Source: the human T2T-CHM13v2.0 reference genome, Homo sapiens. Taken from it: a stretch of 64,000 nucleotides of DNA. The notes below the pieces were generated by a model. That model did no database searches. It saw only the letters and a list, made by a program, of their open reading frames with translations, and was not told the DNA's origin. The DNA lies in assembly GCF_009914755.1 (NCBI RefSeq), contig NC_060937.1; one strand, written 5' to 3'. This document shows, piece after piece, positions 30,700 to 46,464 of the stretch. The number at the start of each line of letters is the position of its first letter. Within the stretch, counting starts at the first letter, position 1. Both the position numbers and the translations under genes were made by a program.

Positions 30700-31258
30700 C
30701 TGTCCATCAACAGATGAATGTATAAAGAAAATCTGGTATACATACACAATGGAATACTATTCAGCCATAAAAAAGAATGAAATCCTTTCATTCATGGCCA
30801 CATGGATGATCCCAGAGGACATTATGTTAAGTGAAATAAGTAAGTCACAGAAAGATAAAAGCTACATATTTTCACTCATATGTGTGAGCTAAAAAAGTTG
30901 AGCTCATAGAAGTAGAGAGTAGAATAGTGATTTCCAGAGGCTGGGAAGGGTAGGGGAGAGGAGGAATAGGAAGAGGTTAGTTACACAACACAAAATCACA
31001 GCTTAATAGGAGAAATAAGTTCTAGAGTTCTGTAGTACTATAGTGTGACTATAGTTCACAGTAATTTATTGTATATTTTCAAGTAGCTGGAAGAGAAGAT
31101 TTTGAATGTTCCTAACACAAATGATAAAAGTTTGAAGGGATGGATGTCCCAATTACCTTGATTTGATAATTATACATCGTAACATGTATTGAAACATTAC
31201 ACTATACCCCATAAATGTGTACAATTATTACATGTCACTTAAAAATAAAAGTTTTAAG
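30700..31258 (+). mobile_element. L1MA (MA5-7-like) 3' end
   Basis: tgtccatcaacagatgaatg...aatggaatactattcagccataaaaaagaatgaaatc...aaaaataaaa; TSD aaagatgcagcttt (30686-30699) / aaagatgtaacttt (31259-31272) at a TT|AAAG site. Confidence 0.88.
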
Positions 31259-32749
31259 AAAGATGTAACTTTTCCTTAATCTCCTTAGATATACCAATTT
31301 TATATTTTTAATACCCTCTTTTAAATTACAGATTTCTCTAGAAATCAGCTTTTGTTTTGATCTTGGTTGTTACCTTTACCACCACTAGTTTTCTAAAAAT
31401 ACCTATCTGGTAATCTCTGATTATCTGTGTGTTTTAATAATTAAGCACTGAGAAGGTAGTATGGGCGGCTTCTTCTTCTGATGTATATATGAATGATTTC
31501 TCACCTTCCCTGACTGGGAAGTTTGCAGAGACCTCAGTGTGGAGGGGAACGTTAGAGATCACTGGAGTTCTTCACTTTAGGGTGAACAGATGGGCTATCA
31601 GATAAGGATTCTCAAATCCCGAGAACAGAGGGGGTTTTACTCTGAGGCTGCAACACTCTATTAAAAACCTGTGCTTTCATTTTGTTAGTATTTCAGCTTC
31701 TTTAGAGAAGAACTCCTTATCTTTTGGCCAGAAATTGAGCTCTGTGTGCAGGTGCATGCGTGTGTGTATAGAGTGGTGTGATGGTGGCATACATTGTGCA
31801 CAGCTGTTTCTTTTAGAAACCTTCAGTTAATCCTCTGGTGTTTCAGCTCTGCTTCTTACTTGGGCCCTCCATACTAGGTGCTGACTTACAGCTCAGTGCC
31901 TCCCTGGAGATTTGAAGGATGTATTAGCTCCCATTGCTGCTGTAGATCCCTCGTAGAGTACTTCTGCAGTTCGATTTTTGAATTAGTTTTTAATTCCAGA
32001 TTTATTAAGCAGTGCTGTTAACTTTTTAAGTGGTTAGTTGTTTTATTTTGTTTGGCTGTTTGTTGTTAATTTCTAGTTTTATTGCAATGGGTTCAGAGAA
32101 TGTGACATTTATGACTTTGGACGATGGATTTTGAGGTTTATTTTGTTTTGATTTGATTTTTGGTACCAAGGATGCTAGTAACATAGTGAATTTTTTGGCT
32201 ACTCATCACTGAACTCTTCTATGCTTGAAGAATTCTCCCAATGACTCCTAGGGTGGGGCAGAAACCTCTGATAATAGAAGCTGGTGGATAAAGCTCACTC
32301 CAGCACATTCCCTGAGGAAGAATGCAGTATCCGACTGGGCTCAGTGAAGGTTACTAATAGGTTCCTCAAGGCTTTGATCTAATTTCTGTGCCTCACTCAA
32401 CAATCTCTACACTCTTTCATCTTCTGCCTATGGAGTAGTGAGAATGTCTTTCGGTCTAAATACAGTTATTAATGAGCAGGACATAGGAAAGGAGTTAACA
32501 TAGAGACTATTCTGATCTGGAGATTTCACTGCTTACCAAAGGTTTTTCTTCTTCTTTAATTATTGGGGTAGCCACACTCCAGGATTTAATTGGGGAACTG
32601 CTTCCCTGACATTTTGTAGTATAGTCTCCATCTTGGACTGTCCATTGGAGTCACCAAGTGTAATAATGTAAGTCACAACCAATTTTGGTCCTGGTGAAGT
32701 TTCCAGACTTCTTTAATACCTACCACCTACAAAATTCACAAACAGGTAT

Positions 32750-32822
32750 GTATGCACACACACACATAGACACACACGCACACACAGAGACACACACACA
32801 CACACACAAAGATACACGCACA
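32750..32822. repeat. Interrupted (CA)n microsatellite
   Basis: CA run with interruptions. Confidence 0.9.
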
Positions 32823-33227
32823 GGCATATGCTTACATGTTATATTGACTCCTCTCAAATTCAAACTAGTGATGTTTTTGGAAAAGAGGAAAAGTCCACTT
32901 GCTTCTGTTTGTTCTCTTTTGATACGTGCAGTCAAGTGATGTGTAAATCTAATTGGCTTTTTCCTTAATCCAATTATATTTGGTTCCTCTACTACAAAAA
33001 TTAATTCAAATTTTGTTCTATTGATGGCACTGATTCTTTTTTTTCTAACTCTGCTGTAAAATTTGTTACATTGACTTGATAATTTCTATTATACCTAAAG
33101 GGAGCAAATGTAAATACTTGGGCTCAATTAAGTATCTTGAAATCAATAGTTTATTGTCTTTGTTTCCTTTTCAAAAAGTAAAGCATCCATAATGCTTCCA
33201 CTAACATGAAGTTTTTGACTTAGTATC

Positions 33228-33606
33228 TATATTAGTTCATTCTCACACTGCTATGAAGATACCCAAGATGGTAATTTAAAAGTAAAGAGATTTAATTGAC
33301 TCACAGTTCAGCATGGCTGGGGAGGCCTCAGGAAGCTTACAATCATAGCAGAAGGCAAAGGGGAAGCAAGTAACTTCTTCACAAGGCAGGAGGAAGGAGA
33401 GGTGTGAGCAAAGGGGGAAGAACCCTTATAAAACCATCAGATCTTGTGAGAACTCACTCACTATCACCGGAACAGCATGGGGGAAACAGCCCCCATGATT
33501 CAATTACCTCCACCTGTCTCCCCCTTGACATGTAGGGATTATGGGGTTAATGGGGATTACGATTTAAGATGAGATTTGGTTGGGGACACAAAGCCTAGCC
33601 ATATCA
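33228..33606 (-). mobile_element. THE1 (THE1C/D-like) MaLR solo LTR
   Basis: tattagttcattctcacactgct...catggctggggaggcctcagg...aaaaccatcagatcttgtgagaactcactcac...gccatatca. Confidence 0.88.
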
Positions 33607-34823
33607 GGCTTTGGTCATATGGTCTCTTTTTCAATGTAGTGCACTTACAGTAAGTCACCTCATTGGACTAGGCAGTGCATGCAATTTCTTACAAGCACTC
33701 TGACACAAAGTAATAATAGGAAAGCCAATTAAGCAACAGTATAATAAATATAACAAACATCTGGCATTGAGGGATAAGTTTCTTGAGCACACTTAGAATC
33801 CCTTAGTAAACTCACCTATTGAATAGCCATTTACCTAATGACTAACCACTGACATATGTGTTTCTCCATTAGCCTCACAAGGAAAACTTTTGGTGATGTG
33901 CTGTGTTTCCATTCTTACCTCTTAGCTTTCTAGTTTTACTGAGCTGAGTTTGTCCCCAAACATAACTTTCTGTGTAAATATTTTTACTTCCACGTGGCCA
34001 AACATTATACACAAATTTTATTCTGCCTATTTGGTCATGAAATCAAATAAGAAGCCATTTAAACTCCAAGTCAATCAAGTTATTATTCTCCATTTCTAGA
34101 GATATGAATCTTATTCCTTCGCTTGTTGTTCAGGAGACATGCATTAAACAACAAAAATCTTCCAAGCTCCTGGAATGTTGGTGAAAACTTCAAACTCATG
34201 AACCTAAATGTCTAACTAGCATTTACAGCAAAACCAATTTTTTTTCTATCTACATTTTCCTCTTTATAATGCGTTATAAAAGATAAGATGTACGTCTCAT
34301 TTTTGTATGGCCAAAAAAGTAGAAAAACTGAGCATCTAACAGGCCTTAAGGCAGGGAGCAGGACTTATATCCCTGTCTGAATAGAATAGTTAGCCAGGAG
34401 ACAGAAGCTTTCTCAAGTTACATCACGGATATCAGCCAAGTTTGCAAGGAGGTAGACAGTGTGTCAGCATAATTTTGACCAGAAGCCAAAGGGATGAACT
34501 TGGGGCCAAACAGGAAAGAATTCTTCACTACCCTAGAGACTGAAAGAAAGACCCAAGACAATAACTTGAGCCAGACATTAGACATGGGAATGAATAACTA
34601 GACCAGCTACAACCTTCGAGGTTGAGAGGTCTACAGACTAAAGGAGAGTAATGATGAGTGTGTTGTGAAAGTCTGCATTTTTAAAATTCCACTGCTTATT
34701 ATTTTGAGGAGAAATGCACCAAACATAACTCTACTTGTAGTAAAGGAAGGGTTCAATAACGATGCTTTTTTATTTCATTGAGAAATTTAAAGCAATTCGG
34801 CATGAGAGTTCTGCTTTCACAAC

Positions 34824-35662
34824 TACAAATAGAAGGCAGGGAAATTCTGGGCCAAAGACAGCAGGTTCCACTGAGGCCCTTAACCTCAAGCCAAAAAGCC
34901 TGGACCCATGGCCCAAAGTAAAAACTTACATTCCTATTTTCCCACTCAAATGTTGCCTTTTCTGAAACCACCCATGGCCCACTCGCTTCCCATCCTGTGC
35001 CTACAAAAAGCCCAGAATGCAGCTGGCAGAGAGGAGAAGCGGCTGGATGTTGGAAACTATGGCTGACATCAAAGAGAAGAGGCTTGACTTCAGAGGGACA
35101 GCTTGACAGCGTAGTTTCAGAGAAGAGTCCATCCCTGCCCGGACCCCAGGGGAAGATTACCTTCCTGCTCTGACCCCTTTTCAGCTCCCCTTCCTGATGA
35201 GAGCCACTTTCAATGACAATAAAATCCAACACATTTACCATGTTCAACTCATTAGTGCAACCTCATTCCTCCTGAATGCCAGACAAGAACTCAGGTGCCA
35301 AGAGTGCAGGTGAAAAAGACTGTCACACTGACCCTTCACTGAGCTGCTAACACTTAAGCCATCCACGATAGCAGAGATAAAAGAGCACTCTAATACTCCT
35401 TCTGGGGCTTCAGGGGTTGCATGCACCCCTGTAGACACTGCCACGGGGCCCACATGGAATTTTGCTCCTGACAGTGCCCAAAAGCACTTGCCGCAACTCC
35501 TGCACCTGCTCACCTGTGCTCCCCCTCCAATGAGGGATGGAGCACAGGGGGAACGAGTCAGTGGAGTCTGCCCCCCTGCTGGCACAGAAGTGGCCAACTG
35601 GTTCTAGTGCCCATGCACTCCAATTCCTGCCCATGAAGGGGTCAGGGAAATATCCTGCTTCA
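34824..35662 (+). mobile_element. MER50-like ERV1 solo LTR
   Basis: GC-richer ~840-bp block: aggcagggaaattctggg...cctcaagcc...ccacccatggccc...aataaaa (35218)...ggggtcagggaaatatcctgcttca; apparently inserted into an L2. Confidence 0.7.
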
Positions 35663-38600
35663 CAATCACCTCACCTGTTTTCTTTCAGTTTCAGAGACAA
35701 GTGCTTATAGGGTTGAAGGCCGGTGTCTCCATTTGTGCTGAGTCTCCTCTTCTCCTGCTTCAGGGGTCTTATTTCACCATTTCTTACTCCTTTCCTGTGA
35801 ATCTTAAACCACTCTCTTTTATCTATTCCTTTAACATCTAATCATATTAAGTAAACATACTCTGTCTTTAAAATAGTGTTTAATTCTATATTCTCTCTCT
35901 AGCTAGTACCCTGTCTCTCCTTTCCTTTATAGCCAAGCCTCGTGAAAATTAATCATTTCTGTTTTAATTTCTTTGTGATTTAATCCAGTTAACATTTCAG
36001 CCCATTGCAATATGATATAGCTCCTAATACTCTGAGAATATTGCCCTTTTTGAGGTCATTATAAAGTTTTTTTGTGATTAAATTCAAAAAAGTACTTCTA
36101 GTCCTCATTTTAATCAAATCCACTAAGCATTTGACTGCTTTACTTCTGTATACATTCATACATGTCACTCTCTGAAGAGAACTTCACTAGGCATTTTATC
36201 TTCTCCAAAGGACTCTACTTAGTTTGTACAATTGGGCAACAGAAGAGTGATGGGGAAGAAGTCGAAGAGAGTGGTAAAAAACTGGAATTTCAGAAATACA
36301 GCTTTCATCGGGATAATTTCCTCTTCTTATTGGTAGGTTCAGATTATTGCAGAGAGCAAAAATCACATAATGAATAAGATACTGCTGTATCTCATTTCAA
36401 CCTCGGAAGCAGTTTAAACACTTCCAAAGGGGAGCAGCATATCAACACAGAAACGGCTTATTCATTAAATTTATAGAAGTATAACATCACACTTGTAGAG
36501 CGAACCTTCCATTACCTGTTTTGTGAGAACACTGCAGTTTCTATTTGTTCTCCCAGCATTTAACTTTGGCTAGAACTCTATCAAATTAAGAATGCATACT
36601 GACACTGTCAAATGTACAATCACTAAAGATGTAAAAATGATGAAGGATTAAGAATATATGTTTTAAAATTTACAAGTAAATTTTAAAAAGAGAAAAAATT
36701 CAGATAATATTAGGACAATTGGAAGTATCCATTATTTACGGAATAGCTTATGAGAGGGTGAAAGAAAATTTGAGGCTGGAGAATGAGGACTCACAGAAAG
36801 TGTTAAACTTTTGAATACCACATTCTGGATGTTTTATTTTCTCATATTAGACATGTTTTTGAAAATCAAGATTATGTATATTTTCAAAATAGTAGCTTCA
36901 AAAGATCTTCCAAAAAGGTATTCATATTCATCTCTACCTTTTATTGCTTCTCTTTCCTTGTGAATATATATAAATATCCACAAGCAAAAAAACTCTTTGA
37001 AATGGGCATAGATCATTACACTGGTTTGGCATATTTGGTGGAAAAGAGAGAATAGGAAACTTCTCTAACATGAGATGCAAATCAGAAAATATATGTGATT
37101 TAGTGACAGATTAGCATCATTTATTTTTATATTTGCTGCATTTTGTTATTTTTAATAGAATTTCATTTGCCTGGATTTGACTCCAAAATGTTAAGTTATT
37201 TAACAGATATCATTAGGTTGCTAAGCATTAACACTTAATTATCATATTAATAAACAGTTATTACTTTCTTCTACACTGTGCCTTGCCTCTGCCACATTAG
37301 TATGCATGCACTGCTCTTAGGCAACTTAATTGTCCTTAAAGGAAATCATTACAATTTAAATGAAATTGGGAGCTACTGGTTAGGGAAGGCTGTAGGGCAT
37401 GCACAATACATACTAAACAAGGAACTGTAATTTCCCCAAATCACATTTTTTTTTTCAGTAATTTCACATCACAGCACTATATCTATTTGGTTAAGGGGAA
37501 AACAGTTTATTTTTTGCCTTGCAATTTTATAAGGGCACCATTTAACCAAGGACATGCAAGACTTTGAAATGGTAGCAAAGGAACTTGAGTAAATCAAATA
37601 ATTTCTTTGCAGCTGGTAAACTGTTGTCAGCATTTGCAGCAGTCAATGAAGCAATAAAGTATAGCATGGTGGGCAGCCATCAACCACCACGTCTGCCTCT
37701 AGGACTGAGGGCAGCAGGAGGCCAGAGACTTTATGGAGACAGCTGTTGCCTCTCCCCATATGTGATTTTGTTCATTCACTTCACAGCAATGCACTTCACA
37801 CGCTGCTGCAAAAATGGGGACTAGGGCCATTCTCCTGTGTCCTGTTACCCCTTTCTCACAGTCAAGAACTCATCTTTTTTTCATCCTCAATCATAAAATG
37901 ACTTAGTTTAGTGATTTGAGTTAAATACTCTGCTATTGAGATGCAAAGAGTTTAAATATCCCTGGACTCTTATTTGTGATAGATAATTAATCAATGTCTT
38001 ACACAACCTTAAACAGCTCTTCATTTTTCGTGAGTGACTCATGATAAAAACAAGGATTTAATTCACGTGGGTATTTAGCATTTTCAGATTAATTAGTTAG
38101 CAACTGAGAGTTAACCTTATTAATGCCCAGCTTTGTGGGAATATATGAGGACTAACAGTAAAATAAAGGAAAATTCTGCTTTTAAAAATATATAAAGAAT
38201 AAAATAGGAATTCAAAATATTGAAACTAAACCACAGGGCTGATAGGTATTGAGAAGCCTATAGTAGGCACCTATCAAGCCCATGGCAAAGGTTACCTCTC
38301 ATTGACACAAGTTGAATATTTCTATTTTACACGCAAGTTAAATGTCTCTATTTCACACATTAGAAAATCGAGAGCAGACAGTCTCATTAACTTCCTCCTT
38401 TGTCTTGTAGTTATTAAATGGCTGTATAAGGTCTGTCTGCCTCTGGTGTACATATTCATACTTGAATGCTTCACTGCAAACCCCAAAAGAACCTTTATTA
38501 TTACTATGGACCGCCCTGTTACATCTAGAACTTTCTACTAATATAGGAAGAGAAAACTGATTTATTAATCATTGCAAAATAATTTACAGAGACTCCCTTC

Positions 38601-39015
38601 TCTTTGATATTATGAGTTACTGTATTTTTGTTTTTTTCATCAGTAAGAATGCTTTCTGAATAAAGTCTATATTATAACAACCCTTCATAGAGTTTTGTCT
38701 TCCTTTTTAATATGAAAAAATAACCAAATTAGTAGGCAGAAGTGAGGAATGATTACTGGTGAAATATGATGCATGACATAAAGCCCTAGAGTCCTTATGG
38801 TGGCCTACTGAATTTCCAGATTGGTGATAAGAGATATTCCCTTAATTTTCTGCTTTCCAGGAATGTGAACTTGGGTATGATGTTTAGAATCTCAGAGCTT
38901 CAGGTTTCTTACTTGTCAAGTAAGAGGAATAACTTATGCCATATTATTCTACAAATATTAAAGGAACAAAATACACATTCACTTTTTTTTTTTTATTTAA
39001 CTACAAAGCAATGTG

Positions 39016-39327
39016 TTTTTTTTTTTTTTTTTTTTTTTTTGAAAACAGTGTCTCCCTCTGTCACCAAGCTGTAGTGCAGTGGTGTGATCATGGCTCACTG
39101 CAGCCTAGACCTCCTGGGCTCCAACCATCTTCCCACCTTAGCCTCCCAAGAAGTTGAGACTACAGGTGCAAGCCACTGTGCCCAGCTAATTTTTTTTTTA
39201 TTATTTTTGGTAGAGATGAGGTCTTGCTATGTTGCCCAGGCTGGTCTTAAACTCCTGAACTCAAGTGATCCTCCCACCTGAGCTTCCCAAAGTGCTAGTA
39301 TTATAGGCGTGAGCCACAGTGCCCAGC
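39016..39327 (-). mobile_element. AluJ
   Basis: Antisense Alu with J diagnostics (gatcatggctcactgcagcctagacctcctgggct) and T25 tail. Confidence 0.92.
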
Positions 39328-40499
39328 AGCAATTCCTTTTTATATTAATGGATTTGTCATTCTGTAGTAGGAAAAGAAGGGGCTTTGGACTCAGACAGAC
39401 CTAGTTTGGACTAAAAAGACTAATTGTCTGATAATGAATGTTATTTCATCTTAGTTTCAGTTACTGTCTCTCTAAACTGGAGAAAATATGTATTACAGTT
39501 GTAGTAAAAAATGAAATCAAATGTATGTTAACTGCTAGTGTGCAAATTATCTAAAGAAAATGATATGAATTGCTACTGTTAATCCAGGTATGATTGGAGT
39601 AATCTAAGAATAAAACCCAAAATATACTATGAAAGTAAAATTTGTCCACTGTTCAAAATTTATATTTACATTGTGTAATTCATGTTATCAGACCCAATTT
39701 AAGTGCCCACCTAGATTCACTTATTCTCATTTTCCTTCTCTGTTGTCTGATCAATAGAAGACTATGACCACAGCAACTTCCTCTGACTCATCACTAAACA
39801 CCTAAACAATGCTGGCTGTTTCATCTCTCCTGGGCTAAGGACTAGGCAGTTTCCGTCATTTCCAATGTAGTGGGAGTTGCAGTAGCTCCAAAGTCCAAGC
39901 TTAGATATGATGCTGAATAAAGCTGAGCCTGTTTAGTAACAAGCCTTATATTGACTTTCTCTTCATCCTTGCAGCAAGTTCATTTTTCCCTCTCTCTTAT
40001 CACCTGGAATTTCATTCACCAACTAAGAATTGGCACGCAAGCTTTATCTAAAGCCACATTTTCAAGGCGACTTGAGTTGAAACAACAGACCAGGACAGAC
40101 CCTGAAAAGTCAACCTGAAGGATGGGGTTTTACAGGAGGGTTCATGCTGAATGAAATAGGGCCATGTTTCTTATGCTAAGTGGGGTGCTGATAGTTCCTT
40201 GTATTCAATGACATCATAGTCCTTTTTTCATTTGAAGTGTAACTCTAAGGCAAGTACAGTTGATCAGTATAAGGCCAATTAGAGTTAAACACTTAATAAT
40301 GTAGTATAACTTTTCTATGACTTTGAAGACTTTCTATAAAGCTAATTACCAATTTAAGATAGGCTGTGAAAGCCAAGGAGTCTCTACTGTAGAATTTAAG
40401 GAGACTTTTATCTTCTGTAGTTATAAGATAGATTCTGTTGGAAATCAGACCAAAGATCTGATTATAGAATTGAATCACAAAATAGACTAATGTGTTGCC

Positions 40500-43400
40500 T
40501 TAACAGGTGTCTTATATCCAACTGAGGGTTAGGACAGAGAAATATTGACAGAAGACGGTAAAAAATCCAGGTACCTGACAGATTAGTGAAGGTTTGGGGA
40601 GTTCAGAGATCTGAGGAATTCCAGAATATGCTGCATTAAATTAAAGTTGTCGCTCATAGCATTATGTACCACAAGGAGCCATTGTGCTTGATATGGTTTT
40701 TTGCATTATGGATGCACCATGCACATCACTTGAAAATAAAACCCCAAACCACTGATCAGGAGATTCTCAATGCTACCTGTTTTGAATGAGGTTCAAAGAT
40801 CCAGTATTCAGTGCAGGCTGCCCTGCTTTTATAACCATTTCATTCATAGACCCATTTATTCTAGAGGAATCTGTAGCAGATAATGATGCTGAGTTAACTC
40901 TCTGGTTATGAGATAGTCATATGAGGTCCTGTGGCCACACACACCAAGGCAGATAATTACCCTACATTTGTAAAATATAGTTTGTTTATGTATGTCAGTA
41001 AGTGCTTTTATCTGAGCAACTAAGGAGCACCAAGAGCTTGTATAACCAAAACTTTCCACCATAAACTAAATTATTTTGAATTCAGCTACTCATAAGGTTA
41101 GGCAGGTGGTATAGCAATTGAATATTCGATAGAAGTGACACATTTAGAAGTAGGCTGAAGCAGATCCAGAAAGCACAAGTAAATTAAATGAACAGATGGC
41201 CCAGACTCCCTTGTCACTTACTTCTGTTTATTCGATGCTTATCCTCAAACTCACAACTATGTCCTTACGGAGGGTAACTTTTGACCAATCAACAAAGGGA
41301 GAAAAGACAGAGACCTGGCTCCCAGATAAAACACCACAATATGTTGGCATTATCAGCAAAAGAACTGCTGCCACATTGCGTCCCCATTCATAGCTTGCTC
41401 TGAAAGACAATAATGAAATCAAGTCATATCAGAGGGTGAATCTGTAAGCGAACTACTCATTCATCTACTTTGCACAGAAGGATATGTCATCTAATATATG
41501 GATAAACATGAAGTTCTGTGTACTGGATAATGGCTGAGAAGAAATAAGAAGGGAGGACTGGGGATAAGGAGGTCTAAAGAAGAGTTATATGGATAAACTT
41601 ATGGGGGAGGGTACCAAGCATGCAGATTTCTTTGTCTCATATTAATGCCAACCAGTGACCTTCTATCACATAGCAGGCTCTCAAAAACTAGGTGGACAAG
41701 ATGACCTGTACAATGCAAATCAGCAAGCCTCTTTCCTCAGCTATTCCATTACCTGTCAAATGGGCCTATGAACAGAATCACTATGGTGTCATAGCTGGAA
41801 GCTCTGTACTTGTCAAAAATTATCGGTTGCCTATTGTGAAGGCTGAAATAGCTACTGCAGAATGTCCAACCACTGAAGTAAAGATAAGTGCTGGCTCTTG
41901 AACATGTCACTGTTTCCCAGTGGAAACATACAGTTACAAGTAGATTATATTACACACCTTCAGCTTTGGAAGGAACAAAGCTGCCTTTCACTGAAATTGA
42001 TACACACTCAGTTTGCCTCCATACTTCTGCCAGCCTCATCTTTTGATGACTGTTAGAATGCCTGATCCAATAACATATCCTACACAGTACTACCTCTAAT
42101 TAAAGGAGCCATATAATGGGAATAATTTTTGTTAATGGGTGTATGACCATGAGATTTTCTGATCTTACCATGCTCTCCATTTATCCAAAATGACTGCTTC
42201 CACAGAATTATGCAACGGCCTATTGAAGTCTGCTAAGGTATCAACTTGGAATCAACATCTCGAGGTGCTTGGACTACTCTTTTGGTCATCTATTGCTACA
42301 CAATGAATCATCCTTAAACTAAGTAGCTTAAATGAATTACTATTATCTCTCACCCTTCTGTTGATTGATTCAGTTTCAGCTGGAATGTCCTTGTTGGAAG
42401 TTTTTAGTTGACTGTGGCCAGAAGAATGGGGCTGAGACTGAGGCTGAATAGGGAGGACAACTCACCCACATGACTGAGAGTTAATGCTAGAAACTCAGCT
42501 GGGGCTAACTGAGGTATCCGAACATGACCTCTCCATGTAGCTTGGGCTTGACGGCCAGATTCTTAACAGGAACATTCTAAAAACAGGGATTCTAAGAGAC
42601 AAGTTGGAGCTGTAAAACTTCTTAGGATCTGATCCATAATATCATTATTGACATTATTTTTGGTCAAGGTACTCACTGAGGTCAGCTCAGATTAAGGAGG
42701 TAGAGTCTAATGACATATAAGACTGGAAAAGTTACATTGCACAAGAGCATATGAGATGAAAGATTTTACGTCCATTTTGGAAAACACAATTAATTCAAAT
42801 GCATCATCCTCCTGGAGGTAGTATATGAGCTGATCCAATGGCTGATATATGGGTTCAAGAAACAAATGGGAGAATTAGGACAGACTCTCTCATCATCAAT
42901 TATCTCATTTTTAATGGAGATCACTTCCACCAGAGGAAAGTGTAAGATTCACGGAAATGGAAGTTGCTAATATCACTAGGCCATATTGGGATCCTCATTC
43001 TGGAGAGTTTGCAGGCAAAGAAAGAATTACTGGACTGCCTGGTATTGATAACTTTGATGACCATGAGAAAATGGGAGTGCTTCTGCACAATGGTTGCAGG
43101 AAGGAATATGTATTAAATGAAAGAATTTTAATGTGACATTTCTTGGTGTTTCTATGCAACAAATTGAGCCTGACATGAGAAGGGAAACTACACTGAGAAC
43201 CTTTGCATATATAGATCTTGGTCACTTCCTTACTCCATCAAGCAAGGTGAAATAATTAGTCAAAGAGGGTAGGGGTGGTGAATCTAAATTGGTTGGCAGA
43301 GGAATATCAATCATATATATCTCAGTAGCATCTGTGGTAACAGGAACTGTAATATGGTTTGCTAACCCTCAGCAATACTTTTTTAGAAGTCTTCAACTGG

Positions 43401-43520
43401 CTTAGACTTTAAATGGTTAAATTTGTGCCTCCATTCTTGGTAAATAAGTGGTGCAATCTTATTTTCTTATTAGAGTACATTAGATATTATTGGAGAATGT
43501 GAGCAGATCTGACTGACATA
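40500..43520 (+). mobile_element. Degenerate ERVL-class internal (pol-like) sequence
   Basis: Colinear with recalled ERVL pol (aaaaatccaggtacct...gtgaaggtttggggagttcag...ttttgaatgaggttca...gtgcaggctgccctgc; gtggacaagatgacc...caaatgggcctatgaacagaatc); no intact ORF. Confidence 0.65.
42270..42800 (-). mobile_element. MLT1 LTR nested in the ERVL internal region
   Basis: ctattgctacacaatgaatcatccttaaactaagtagcttaaa...acctctccatgtagcttgggctt...cattttggaaaacacaat. Confidence 0.6.
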
Positions 43521-44476
43521 TGGAATGGACTATATGATATATAATTGTTGTGTTCCTCCAACAGATTTGCTGAGTCCTACCTGTCTCCTGAGCTGGGATG
43601 CTTCCTAAATGGAGATCCATGGCTGCCACAATTGTCAAACCCCTAGCACCTCTAGCTACATCAGACAGACTTCCTTGAAGTGATAACCTGGCCACTACTG
43701 CATCTCCTATGGAGAGAGCAGAGCGTCTATCCTAGCCAAGCCCCATGTTAGTGAAACCATAGACATTCTCAGTTCTCACCACTTTCAAGCTCATATAATG
43801 CACCTCTTTGCTGAATGATGGTGGTGGGGCATTTGACTTCCCTAAGTAACTGTCCATCGGAATTAATACAACTTAGCACTGCAGGATAGTTAATACTTCA
43901 TGTGATGAACTTCAAGCACTGAAAGATAGGAGATAGAGAGGAGTTAGCAGATAAATAATTGCTCTTCCTTCACTCAGTGTTCCATATCAGAGTGTGGTCG
44001 TTTCATATGCCTCTTCAAAGTGTCACGTATAAATAAGCAACTGACTATTACTTATTGCAAATCTTGCGAGCTTGGAAATGAACCTTTTGCTCCCCAAATT
44101 CTATTGATCAAAGTAAGTCCCAGAGCCAGGTCAGATTCAAAATCAGTAGAAATAGACTTCATCATGCGATAGAACAAGTTGCATGTGTATACGAAGGAAA
44201 GAAGTTCTTGGCATCCAACTCTAGATAATTTATCACAACACTCCTTTTTTTTTTTTTTTTCAAATTTGCCAATTCTTTGTCTTTCAGATCTAATGTCTAG
44301 AAATTTTTAACATTTTAATTTCTGGGGTTTATTTTTTAAATTTTACTGAATTTTTAATACTTGATATGAAATTTAAATGTTTAATAATGGGTTTGTATTT
44401 TTAGAAAGTTCCTGTTTTGGAATATGGCATTATTGTTTCTCCAACTTAATATTTGATTTTTTCTTTTACAGATGAT

Positions 44477-45314
<838 letters not shown>

Positions 45315-45984
45315 GATACTATTAATTTCAGATTAGGAATAATAGTTTGCTTTCTGAATGTTTTTCTGATATTTTATGAGTTCTGTTTTTGTATTTTTGC
45401 TTGTTTTATTATCCCCTGTTTATGGTATTCTTTCCCTTGATGGCCAGTTTATATTTAGGATTGAGACACTAAAAAGTTAACTAAAAGCTTAGTACTGTTC
45501 CTATGTTTCCCTACATTGTTTTAAAACTTTTCCCTTTTTCTGAGAGAAACTTACCTATCAATATTTATAGATTTACTCTTTGATTTACTATTTTCCTCAG
45601 AGAGGAGTCAAATCTTCAAATTTTCTGTATGGGAAGACTGCTGTAAAGCTGGGGAAAGAGGCTTGGGTTCTACAGTTTTAAGTTGGAAAATGTTAGTTAA
45701 TATGTGTTGTTTTTTTGGTGGTGCTTCACAACCTTGCCTTCAGCTAAGCCATGGTTTCTCTTATGCAGAGTATCTCTGATGCAGTCTCTTAAGAGAATAA
45801 ACCTCCTGTCTTCTGCTGGCATGGAGAAAGTGATCTAGAGATCCTATTAACTTCAGTTTTATCCCTCACCTGCCTTTCATAGATGGCTAGTAACGACAAA
45901 ACTCTAAAACGAGTAGCAACTCTTCCTAGGGATTTTCCAGAGACCCAGGCTCCTTGTATTTTATTGTTCTCTCCTCATCTATAG

Positions 45985-46464
<480 letters not shown>

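Noticed and set aside
34753-35634. 164-aa and 117-aa minus-strand ORFs
   Set aside because: Lie within a GC-richer LTR (MER50-like), where long open frames arise by chance.
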